Below are positions 13,826-26,200 of a DNA stretch of 64,000 nt, one piece after another. The notes under the pieces were generated by a model, which searched no databases, was not told where the DNA came from, and worked only from the letters and a program-made list of their open reading frames with translations. Source of the stretch: Squalus acanthias (taxonomy: Eukaryota); NCBI GenBank assembly GCA_030390025.1, contig JASTWF010000034.1, positions 5,394,001 to 5,458,000 on the forward strand, given 5' to 3'. Positions within the stretch are counted from its first letter, which is position 1, and the number at the start of each line of letters is the position of its first letter. The translations under genes and the position numbers were made by a program.

Positions 13826-16730
13826 GGTCTGTGATCGGACACAGCTACAGGACCAGTCAAACCCCCGGCTCTGTGATTTGACACAACCCCCAGGACCAGT
13901 CAAACCCCCGGGTCTGTGATCAGACACACCCCAGGACCAGTCATACCCCTTGGTCTGTTATTGGGCACATTCCCCGGGACCAGACAAACCCCCAGCTCTG
14001 TGATTGGACACAGCCCCAAGACCAGTCAAACCACCGGCTCTGTGATCAGACACACCCCCGGGACCAGTAAAACTCCCGCTCTGTGATCGGACACACCCCC
14101 GGGACCAATTAAACAACCGGCTCTGTGATCAGACACACCCCCAGGACCAGTCAAACCCCCGGATCTGTGATCAGACACAGCACCCGGGACCAGTCAAACC
14201 CCCGGCTCTGTGATTAGACACACCCCCAGGACCAGTCAAACCCCTGGGGCTGTGATCGGATACACTCCCCGGGACCAGACAAATCCCCGCCTCTGTGATC
14301 AGACACACCCCCGGGATCAGTCAAACCCCCGGCTCTGTGATCAGACACACCTCTGGGACCAGTCAAACACCCGGCTCTGTGATCGGACACAACCCCCGGG
14401 ACCAGTCAAACACCGGCTCTGTGATCAGACACACCCCCGGGACCAGTCAAACCCCCGACTCTGTAATCGGACACACCCCTGGGACCAGTCAAACCCCTGG
14501 GTCTGTGATCAAACACCCCCCCGGGACCAGTGAAACCCCCGGCTCTGTGATCAGACAAACACCCGGGACCAGTCAAACCGCCGGCTCTGTGATCAGACAC
14601 ACCCCCAGGACCAGTCAAACCCCCGGCTCTGTGATCAGAAACAGCCCCAGGACCAGTCAAACGCCCAGGTCAGTGATCAGACACAACCCCAGGACCATCA
14701 AACCCCGGCTCTGTGTTCAGACACCCCCCCGGGACCAGTCAAACCCCCGGGTCTGTGATCAAACACACCCCCGGGACCAGTCAAACCCCCGGCTCTGTGA
14801 TCAGACACACCCCCAGGACCAGGCAAACACCCGGGTCTGTGATCAGACACACTACCAGGACAAGTCAAACCCCCGGCTCTGTGATTGGACACACCCCAAG
14901 GACCAGTCAAAACCCCAGCTCTGTGATCAGACACACCCCCGGGACAAGTCAAACGCCCGGCTCTGTGATTGGACACACCACCAGGACCAGTCAAACCCCC
15001 GGCTCTGTGATGAGAAACAGCCCCAGGAACAGTCAAACCACAGGGTCTGTCATCAAACACACCCCCGGGACCAGTCAAACCCCTGGCTCTGTGATCGGAC
15101 ACACCCCCGGGACCAGTCAAACCCCCGGGTCAGTGATCAGACACACCCCCAGGACAAGTCAAACCCCCGGCTCTGTGAACGGATACACCCCCAGGACAAG
15201 TCAAACCCCCGGCTCTGTGATCAAACACACCTCCGGGACCAGTCAAACCCCCGGCTCTGTGATCAAACACAGCCCCAGGACCAGTCAAACCCCCGGCTCT
15301 GTGATCAAACACACCTCCGGGACCGGTCAATTCCCCGGCTCTGTGATCAAACACATCCCCGGGACCATTCAAACACCCGGCTCTGTGATCAGACACCCCA
15401 GGGACCAGTCAAAAACCCGGCTCTGTGATCAGAGACACCCCCCGGGACCAGTCAAACCCCCGGCTCTAGGATCGGACACACCCCCAGCACCGTTCAAATC
15501 CCCGGCTCTGTGATCAGACACACCCCAGGACCAGTCAAACTCCCGGCTCTGTGATCAAACACACCCCCAGGACCAGTCAAACAGCCGGCTCTGTGATCAG
15601 ACACAGCCCCAGGACCAGTCAAACCCCCGGGTCAGTGATCAGACACAGCCCCAGGACCAGTCAAACCCCCGGGTCTGTGATCAGACGCACCACCAGGACC
15701 ATTAAACCTCCGGTTCTGTGATCGGACACACCCCCGTTACCAGTCAAACCCGCGGCTCTGTGATCAGACACACCCCCAGGACCAGTAAACCTCCGGCTCT
15801 GTGATCAGACACTCCCCCGGGACATTACAAACCCCCGGCTCTGTGATCGGACACAGCCCCGGGACCAGTCAAACCACCGGGTCTGTGATCAAAAACACCC
15901 CCAGGACCAGACAAACCCCCGGCTCTCTGATCAGACACACCCCCGGGAGCAGTCAAACCCCTGGGTCTGTGATCGGACACACTCCCCGGGAACAGACAAA
16001 CCCCCGGCTCTGTGATCAGACACACTCCCCGGGACCAGACATACCCCCGGCTCTGTGATCGGACACCCCCCCGGGACCAGTCAAACCCCCGGCTACTGTG
16101 ATCAGACACACTCCCCGGGAGCGGACAAACACCAGGCTCTGCGATGGGACACACTCCCCGGGACCAGTCAAACTCCGGCTCTGTGATCGGACACAGCCCC
16201 CAGGACCAGTCAAACCCCCGGCTCTGTGATCGGCCACACCCCACAGGACCAGTCAAACCCCCGGGTCAGTGATCGGACACACCCCCGGGACCAGTGAAAC
16301 CCCCGGCTCTGTGATCAAACACACCTGCGGGACCAGACAAACCCCCGGGTCTGTGATCAGACACACCCCCAGGACCAGTCAAACCCCCGGATCTGTGATT
16401 GGACGCACACCCAGGACCAGTCAAAACCCCGGCTCTGTGATCAGACACACCCCCGGGACCAATCAAACCTCCGGCTCTGTGATCAGACACTCCCTCGGGC
16501 CCATTCAAACCCCCGGCTCTGTGATCGAACACACCCCCCGGGACCAGTCACACCCCCGGCTCTGTGATCAGACACACCCCCGGGACCAATCAAACCTCCG
16601 GCTCTGGGTCATTTATCGGACACAGCCCCGGGACCCGGCAAACCCCTGGTTCAGTGATCAAACACAGCCCCAGGAGCAGTCAAAACACCGGCTCTGTGAT
16701 CGGACACACCCCCATGACCAGTCAAACCCC

Positions 16731-17230
16731 NNNNNNNNNNNNNNNNNNNNNNNNNNNNNNNNNNNNNNNNNNNNNNNNNNNNNNNNNNNNNNNNNNNNNN
16801 NNNNNNNNNNNNNNNNNNNNNNNNNNNNNNNNNNNNNNNNNNNNNNNNNNNNNNNNNNNNNNNNNNNNNNNNNNNNNNNNNNNNNNNNNNNNNNNNNNNN
16901 NNNNNNNNNNNNNNNNNNNNNNNNNNNNNNNNNNNNNNNNNNNNNNNNNNNNNNNNNNNNNNNNNNNNNNNNNNNNNNNNNNNNNNNNNNNNNNNNNNNN
17001 NNNNNNNNNNNNNNNNNNNNNNNNNNNNNNNNNNNNNNNNNNNNNNNNNNNNNNNNNNNNNNNNNNNNNNNNNNNNNNNNNNNNNNNNNNNNNNNNNNNN
17101 NNNNNNNNNNNNNNNNNNNNNNNNNNNNNNNNNNNNNNNNNNNNNNNNNNNNNNNNNNNNNNNNNNNNNNNNNNNNNNNNNNNNNNNNNNNNNNNNNNNN
17201 NNNNNNNNNNNNNNNNNNNNNNNNNNNNNN
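16731..17230. other. Assembly gap (exactly 500 N)
   Basis: Run of N from 16731 to 17230. A round fixed length is typical of a scaffolding placeholder of unknown true size. Confidence 0.99.
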
Positions 17231-20200
17231 GGGGTGTGTCCGATCACAGAGCCGGGGGTTTGACTGGTCCCGGGGGTGTGTCTGATCACAGAGCCGGGGT
17301 TTGACTGGTCCCGGGGGTGTGTCTGATCACAGAGCCGGGGGTTTGTCTGGTCCTGGGGTGTGTCTGATCACAGAGCCGGGGGTTTGACTGGTCCCCGGGG
17401 TGTGTCTGATCACAGAGCCGGGGGTTTGACTGGTCCCGGGGGTGTGTCTGATCACAGAGCCGGGGGTTTGACTGGTCCTGGGGTGTGTCTGATCACAGAG
17501 CCCGGGGGTTTGACTGGTCCCGGGGGTGTGTCTGATCACAGAGCCGGGGGTTTGACTGTCCCGGGGGTGTGTCTGATCACAGAGCCGGGGGTTTGACTGG
17601 TCCCGGGGGTGTGTCTGATCACAGAGCCGGGGGTTTGACTGAGTCCCGGGGGGTGTGTCTGATCACAGAGCCGGGGTTTGACTTGTCCCGGGGGTGTGTG
17701 CGATCACAGAGCCGGGGTTTGACTGGTCCCGGGGGTGTGTCTGATCACAGAGCCGGGGGTTTGACTGGTCCTGGGGGTGTGTCTGATCACAGAGCCGGGG
17801 TTTGACTGGTCCCGGGGGTGTGTCAGATCACAGAGCCGGGGGTTTGACTGGTCCCGGGGGTGTGTCTGATCACAGAGCCGGGGTTTGACTGGTCCCGGGG
17901 TGTGTCGATCACAGAGCCGGGGTTTGACTGGTCCCGGGGGTGTGTCCGATCACAGAGCCGGGGGTTTGACTGGTCCGGGGGTGTGTCTGATCACAGAGCC
18001 GGGGGTTTGACTGGTCCCGGGGGTGTGTCTGATCACAGAGCCGGGGTTTGACTGGTCCCGGGGGTGTGTCTGATCACAGAGCCGGGGGTTTGACTGGTCC
18101 CGGGGGTGTGTCTGATCACAGACCGGGGTTTGACTGGTCCCGGGGGTGTGTCTGATCACAGAGCCGGGGGTTTGACTGGTCCCGGGGGTGTGTCCGATCA
18201 CAGAGCCGGGGTTTGACTGGTCCCGGGGGTGTGTTCGATCACCGACCATGTGGTTTGTCTCGTCCCGGGAGTGCGTCCGATCACTGACCCAGGGGTTTAC
18301 CTGGTCCCGGGGGGGTGTCCGATACAGACCCAGGGGTTTGACTGGTCCCCGGGTGTGTGTCCGATCACAGAGCCGGGGGTTTGACTGGTCCCGGGGGTGA
18401 GTCCGATCATAGAGCCGGGGGTTTCACTGGTAACGGGATTGTGTCCGATAACAGAGCCGGTGGTTTGTCTAGTCGCGGGGCTGTGTCTGATCACAGAGCT
18501 GGGGGTTTGATTGTTCCTGGGGCTGAGTCTGATCACAGAGCCGGTGGTTTGACTGGTCCCGGGGGTGTGTCCGATCACAGAGCCGGGGTTTTGACTGGTC
18601 CCGGCGGGTGTCCGATCATGGAGCTGGGTTTTTGACTGGTCCTGGGGGTGTGTCTGATCACAGACCCAGGGGTTTTACTTGGCCCGGGGCTGTGTCCGAT
18701 CACTGACCCAGGGATTTGACTGGACCCGGGGGTGTGTCCGATCACAGAGCCGGGGGTTTGACTGGTCCTGGGGTGTGTCTGATCACAGAGCCGGGGTTTG
18801 ACTGGTCCCGGGGGTGTGTCCTGATCACAGAGCCGGGGGTTTGACTGTCCAGGGGTGTGTCTGATCACAGACCGGGGGTTTGACTGGTCCCGGGGGTTGT
18901 CCGATCACAGAGCCGGGGGTTTGACTGGTCCCGGGGTGTGTCTGATCACAGAGCCGGGGGTTTGACTGGTCCTGGGGGTGTGTCTGATCACAGAGCCGGG
19001 GGTTTGACTGGTCCCGGGGTGTGTTTGATCACAGAGCCGGTGTTTGACTGGTCCTGGGGTGTGTCTGATCACAGAGCCGGGGGTTTTGACTGTCCCGGGG
19101 GGAGTGTCTGATCACAGAGCCGGGGATTTGACTGGTCCCTGGGGTGTGTCCGATCACAGACCGGGGGTTTGACTGGTCCCGGGGGTGTGTCTGATCACAG
19201 AGCCAGGGGTTTGACTGGTCCGGGGTGTGTCCGATCACAGAGCCGGGGGTTTGACTGGTCCCGGGGGTGTGTCTGATCACAGAGCCGGGGGTTTGACTGG
19301 TCCCGGGGGTGTGTCCGATCACAGAGCCGGGGTTTGACTGGTCCTGGGGGTGTGTCTGATCACAGACCCGGGGGTTTGACTGGTCCCGGGGGTGTGTCTG
19401 ATCACAGAGCCGGGGTTTGACTGGTCCCGGGGGGTGTCTGATCACAGAGCCGGGGTTTGACTGGTCCCGGGGGTGTGTCTGATCACAGAGCCGGGGTTTG
19501 ACTGGTCCCGGGGGTGTGTCTGATCACAGAGCCGGGGGTTTGACTGGTCCGGGGGTGTGTCCGATCACAGAGCCGGGGGTTTGACTGTCCCGGGGGTGTG
19601 TCTGATCACAGAGCCGGGGGTTTGACTGGTCCCTGGGGTGTGTCTGATCACAGAGCCGGGGTTTGACTGGTCCCGGGGTGTGTCTGATCACAGAGCCGGG
19701 GTTTGACTGGTCCCGGGGTGTGTCTGATCACAGAGCCGGGGGTTTGACTGGTCCTGGGGTGTGTCCGATCACAGAGCCGGGGGTTTGACTGGTCCTGGGG
19801 GTGTGTCTGATCACAGAGCCGGGGGTTTGACTGGTCCCGGGGGTGTGTCCGATCACAGAGCCGGGGGTTTGACTGGTCCGGGGGTGTGTCCTGATCACAG
19901 AGCCGGGGGTTTGACTGGTCCTGGGGGTGTGTCTGATCACAGAGCCGGGGTTTGACTGGTCCCGGGGGTGTGTCGATCACAGAGCCGGGGGTTTGACTGG
20001 TCCGGGGTGTGTCTGATCACAGAGCCGGGGTTTGACTGGTCCCGGGGGTGTGTCTGATCACAGAGCCGGGGGTTTGACTGGTCCCGGGGGTGTGTCCGAT
20101 CACAGAGCCGGGGGTTTGACTGGTCCCTGGGGTGTGTCTGATCACAGAGCCGGGGGTTTGACTGGTCCCGGGGGTGTGTCTGATCACAGACCCGGGGGTT

Positions 20201-23200
20201 TGACTGGTCCCGGGGGTGTGTCTGATCACAGACCCGGGGTTTTACTTGGCCTTGGGCTGTGTCCGCTCACTGACCCAGGGAATCTTATTGGACCCGGGGC
20301 GGTGTCCGATCACAGACCCAGGGGTTTGACTGGTCCCAGGGTGTGTCCGATCACAGACCCAGGGGTTTGACTGATCTCGGGGTGTGTCCGATCACAGAGC
20401 CGGGTTTGACTGGTCCCGGGGTGTGTCCGATCACAGACCCAGGGGTTTTACTGATCTCGGGGTGTGTCCGATTAGAGAGCCGGTGGTTTGACTTGTCCCG
20501 GGGCTGTGTCCGATCACAGACCCAGGGGTTTGACTGATCTCGGGTTCTGTCCGATTACAGAACAAGGGGTTTGACTGGTCCCGTGGGAGTGTCCGATCAC
20601 AGACTCAGGGGTTGACTGATCTCGGGATGTGTCCGATAACAGAGACGGGGTTTTGACTGGTCCCGGGGGTGTGTCCGATTACAGAGCCGATGGTTTGACT
20701 GGTCCCGGGGGTGTGCCCGATCACAGACCCGGGGGTTTGACTGGTCCTGGGGGTGTGTCTATCACAGAGCCGGGGGTTTGACTGTCCCGGGGTGTGTCTG
20801 ATCACAGAGCCGGGGGTTTGACTGGTCCGGGGGTGTGTCTGATCACAGAGCCGGGGTTTGACTGGTCCCGGGGTGTGTCTGATCACAGAGCCGGGGGTTT
20901 GACTGTTCCTGGGGGTGTGTCTGATCACAGAGCCGGGGTTTGACTGGTCCGGGGGTGTGTCTGATCACAGAGCCGGGGTTTGACTGGTCCTGGGGTGTGT
21001 CTGATCACAGAGCCGGGGGTTTGACTGGTCCCGGGGCTGTGTCTGATCACAGAGCCGGGGGTTTGACTGGTCCCGGGGGTGTGTCCGATCACAGAGCCCG
21101 GGGGTTTGACTGTCCCGGGGTGTGTCTGATCACAGAGCCGGGGTTTGACTGTCCCGGGGTGTGTCTGATCACAGAGCCCGGGGTTTGACTGGTCCCGGGG
21201 GTGTGTCGGATCACAGAGCCGGGGTTTGACTGGTCCGGGGGTGTGTCTGATCACAGAGCCGGGGGGTTTGACTGGTCCTGGGGGTGTGTCCGATCACAGA
21301 GCCGGGGGTTTGACTGGTCCGGGGGTGTGTCTGATCACAGAGCCGGGGTTTGACTGGTCCTGGGGGTGGTCCGATCACAGAGCCGGGGGTTTGACTGGTC
21401 CCGGGGGTGTGTCTGATCACAGAGCCGGTGTTTGACTGGTCCCGGGGGTGTGTCTGATCACAGAGCCGGGGGTTTGACTGTCCCTGGGGCTGTGTCTGAT
21501 CACAGAGCCGGGGGTTTGACTGGTCCTGGGGGTGTGTCTGATCACAGAGCCGGGGGTTTGACTGGTCCTGGGGGTGTGTCTGATCACAGAGCCGGGGGTT
21601 TGACTGGTCCTGGGGGTGTGTCCGATCACAGAGCCGGGGGTTTGACTGGTCCTGGGGGTGTGTCTGATCACAGAGCCGGGGGTTTGACTGGTCCCGGGGT
21701 GTGTCTGATCACAGAGCCGGGGGTTTGTCTGGTGTCGGGGGGTGCGGGTGTCTGATCACTAACCCAGGGGTTTGACTGGTCCCGGGGCTGTGTCCAATCA
21801 AAGACCCGGGTGTTTGACTGGTCCCGGGGGTGTGTCCGCTCACTGACCCAGGGGTTTGACTGATCCCGGGGATGAGTCTAATGACAGAGCCGGGGGGTTG
21901 ACTGGTCCCGGCGGTGTGTTTCATCACAGACCCAGGGGTTTGCCTGCTCCTGTTGGTGTGTCCGATCACAGATCCGGGGGGTTGACTGGTCCTGGGGGTG
22001 TGTCTGATCACAGAGCCGGGGATTTGACTGGTCCTGGGGCTGTGTCTGATCAAAGACCCAGGGGTGTGTCTGATCACAGAGCCGGGTGTTTAACTGGTCC
22101 CAGGATTGTGTTTGATCACAGAGCCGGGGGTTTGACTGGTCCCATGGGGGTGTGTCCGATCACAGAGCCGGGGTTTGACTGGTCCCGCGGGTGTGTCTGA
22201 TCACAGAGCCAGGGGTTTGACTGGTCCCGGGGGTGTGTCTGATCACAGAGCCAGGGGTTTGACTGGTCCTGGGGGTGTGTCTGATCACAGAGCCGGGGGT
22301 TTGACTGTTCCTGGGGGTGTGTCTGATCACAGAGCGGGGGTTTGACTGGTCCGGGGGTGTGTCTGATCACAGAGCCGGGGGTTTGACTGGTCCCGGGGGT
22401 GTGTCTGATCACAGAGCCCGGGGTTTGACTGGTCCTGGGGCTGTGTCCGATCACAGACCCGGGGGGTTTGACTGGTCCCGGGGTGTGTCTGATCACAGAG
22501 CCTGGGGTTTGACTGTCCTCGGGGGGTGTGTCCGATCACAGACCCTGGGGTTTGACTGGTCCCGGGGGTGTGTCTGATCACAGACCCGGGGTTTGACTGG
22601 TCCCGGGGTGTGTCCTGATCACAGAGCCGGGGTTTGACTGGTCCTGGGGGTGTGTCTGATCACAGACCCGGGTTTGACTGGTCCCGGGGGTGTGTCGATC
22701 ACAGACCCGGGTGTTTGACTGGTCCCGGGGGTGTGTCTGATCACAGACCCGGGGTTTGACTGGTCCCGGGGTGTGTCTGATCACAGACCGGGGGTTTGAC
22801 TGGTCCCTGGGGTGTGTCTGATCACAGAGCCGGGGTTTGACTGGTCCCGGGGATGTGTCTGATCACAGAGCCGGGGGTTTGACTGGTCCGGGGTGTGTCT
22901 GATCACAGAGCCGGGGTTTGACTGGTCCCTGGGGGTGTGTCTGATCACAGAGCCGGGGGTTTGACTGGTCCCGGGGGTGTGTCGATCACAGAGCCGGGGG
23001 TTTGACTGGTCCCGGGGGTGTGTCCGATCACAGAGCCGGGGGTTTGACTGGTCCCGGGGGTGTGTCTGATCACAGAGCCGGGGGTTTGACTGGTCCCGGG
23101 GGTGTGTCTGATCACAGAGCCGGGGGTTTGTCTGGTCCTGGGGGTGTGTCTGATCACAGAGCCGGGGTTTGACTGGTCCCGGGGAGTGTGTCCGATCACA

Positions 23201-26200
23201 GACCCGGGGTTTGACTGGTCCCGGGGGTGTGTCTGATCACAGAGCCGGGGTTTGACTGGTCCCGGGGGTGTGTCTGATCACAGAGCCGGGGTTTGACTGG
23301 TCCCAGGGGTGTGTCTGATCACAGAGCCGGGGTTTGACTGGTCCCGGGGGTGTGTCTGATCACAGAGCCGGGGTTTGACTGGTCCCGGGGGTGTGTCTGA
23401 TCACAGAGCCCGGGGGTTTGACTGGTCCCGGGGGTGTGTCTGATCACAGAGCCGGGGGTTTGACTGGTCCTGGGGCTGTGTCTGATCACAGAGCCGGGGT
23501 TTGACTGGTCCCGGGGGTGGTGTCTATCACAGAGCCGGGGTTTGACTGGTCCTGGGGGTGTGTCTGATCACAGAGCCGGGGGTTTGACTGGTCCCGGGGG
23601 TGTGTCTGATCACAGAGCCGGGGGTTTGACTGGTCCTGGGGGTGTGTCTGATCACAGAGCCGGGGGTTTGACTGGTCCCGCTGGGTGTGTCTGATCACAG
23701 AGCCGGGGGTTTGACTGGTCCTGGGGGCGTGTGTCCGATCGCAGAGACGGGGGTTTGTCTGGTCTTGGGGCTGTGTCCTATCACTGACCCGCGGATTTGA
23801 CTGGTCTTTGGGGTGTGTTTGATCACAGAACCGGGGGTTTTTCTGTTCCTGGGGGTGTGTCTGATCACAGAGCCGGGTTTTGACTGGTCCCGGGGGTGTG
23901 TCCGATCACAGAACCAGGGTTTGACTGATCTCGGGATGTGTCCGATAACAGAGATGGGTTTTGACTGGTCGCGGGGGTGTGTCTGATCACAGACCCGAGG
24001 GTTTGACTGATCCCGGGGATGAGTCTAATCACAGAGCCGGGGGTTTGACTGGTCCTGGGGGTGTGTTTGATCACAGACCCAGGGTTTGCCTGCTCCTGGG
24101 GGTGTGTCCTATCACAGAGCCGGGGGTTTGACTGGTCTCGGGGGTCTGTCTGATCACAGACCCGAGGGTTTGACTGGTCCCTGGGGTGTGTCCGAGAACA
24201 GACCCAGGGGTTTGACTACGCCTGGGGGTGTGTCCGATCACAGAGCCGGGGGTTTGACTGGTCCCGGGGGTGTGTCGATCACAGAGCCGGGGGTTTGACT
24301 GGTCCCGGGGGTGTGTCCGATCACAGAGCCGGGGGTTTGACTGGTCCTGGGGGTGTTCTGATCACAGAGCCGGGGGTTTGACTGGTCCCGGGGGTGTGTC
24401 CGATCACAGAGCCGGGGGTTTGACTGGTCCTGGGGGTGTGTCTGATCACAGAGCCGGGGGTTTGACTGGTCCCGGGGGTGTGTCGATCACAGAGCCGGGG
24501 GTTTGACTGTTCCCGGGGGTGTGTCTGATCACAGAGCCGGGGGTTTGACTGGTCCCGGGGGTGTGTCCGATCACAGAGCCGGGGTTTGACTGGTCCTGGG
24601 GTGTGTCTGATCACAGAGCCGGGGTTTGACTGGTCCTGGGGGTGTGTCTGATCACAGAGCCGGGGGTTTGACTGGTCCTGGGGCTGTGTCCGATCACAGA
24701 GCCGGGGGTTTGACTGGTCCCGGGGGTGTGTCTGATCACAGAGCCGGGGGTTTGACTGGTCCCGGGGGGTGTGTCCGATCACAGACCCGGGGTTTGACTG
24801 TCCTGGGGGTGTGTCTGATCACAGACCCGGGGTTTGACTGGTCCCTGGGGTGTGTCTGATCACAGAGCCGGGGTTTGACTGGTCCCGGGGGTGTGTCCGA
24901 TCACAGACCCAGGGGTTTGACTGTCCCGGGGTGTGTCTGATCACAGAGCCGGGGTTTGACTGGTCCCGGGGCGGTGTCTGATCACAGAGCCGGGGGTTTG
25001 ACTGGTCCTGGGGGTGTGTCTGATCACAGAGCCGGGGTTTGACTGGTCCCGGGGTGTGTCCGATCACAGAGCCAGGGGTTTGACTGGTCCTGGGGTGTGT
25101 CTGATCACAGAGCCGGGGGTTTGACTGGTCCCGGGGGTGTGTCTGATCACAGAGCCGGGGGTTTGACTGGTCCCGGGGGTGTGTCTGATCACAGAGCTGG
25201 GGGTTTGACTGGTCCCGGGGGTGTGTCCGATCACAGAGCCGGGGTTTGACTGGTCCTGGGGGTGTGTCCGATCACAGACCCAGGGGTTTGACTGGTCCCG
25301 GGGTGTGTCCGATCACAGAGCCCACGGGTTTGACTGGTCCCGGGGGTATGTCCGATCACAGAGCCGGGGGATTTGACAGGTCCCGGGGATGTCTCTAGAT
25401 CTCAGAGCCGGGGTTCACTGGTACGGTGGTGGGTTTGGTCACAGAGACTGGGGTTTGACGGGTCCCAGGGGGTGTCTCCGATCACAGAGCCGGGGTTTTG
25501 ACAGGTCCCAGGGTGTGCGTCCGATCACAGAGCCGGGGTTCTGACTGGTCCCGTGGGTGTGTCGCGATCAAGAGCCGGGGTTTTGACTCGTCCACGGGGT
25601 GTGTTTGATCACAGAGCCCAGGGGTTTCACTGCTCCTGGTTTGTGTCTGATCACAGAGCCGGGATTTTGACTGTCCTGCGGGGTGTGTCCGATCACAGAC
25701 CCAGGGATTTGACTGATCTCGGGGTTTGTCCGATCACAGAACAAGGGTTTGACTGGTCCTGGGGGTGTGTCCGATCACAGAGCCGGGGTTTTGACTGGTC
25801 CCGGGGAGTGTGTCCGATCACAGAGCCAGGGGTTTGACTGGTCCCGGGGGTGTGTCCTGATCACAGAGCCGGGGTTTGACTGGTCCCGGGGGTGTGTCTG
25901 ATCACAGAGCCGGGGTTTGACTGGTCCCGGGGGTGTGTCTGATCACAGAGCCGGGGGTTTGACTGGTCCCGGGGGTGTGTCTCATCACAGAGCCGAGGGT
26001 TTGACTGGTCCCGGGGGTGTGTCTGATCACAGAGCCGGGGTTTGACTGGTCCCGGGGTGTGTCTGATCACAGAGCCGGGGTTTGACTGGTCCCGGGGTGT
26101 GTCTGATCACAGAGCGGGGGTTTGACTGGTCCGGGGGTGTGTCGATCACAGAGCCGGGGGTTTGACTGGTCCCGGGGGTGTGTCTGATCACAGACCCGGG

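Larger units (their letters stand above)
1..16730 (+). repeat. Tandem satellite array 'SatA', 42-bp monomer (about 400 copies), C-rich strand on +
   Basis: Consensus CCCCCGGCTCTGTGATC(A/G)GACACACCCCCGGGACCAGTCAAA recurs every ~42 bp. The ORF track shows the matching 14-aa periodicity (TPGSVIRHTPGTSQ). Monomers differ mainly by substitutions. Confidence 0.97.

Noticed and set aside
16269..17304. Long ORFs of 212-338 aa spanning the gap
   Set aside because: Artefacts of translating through 500 N.
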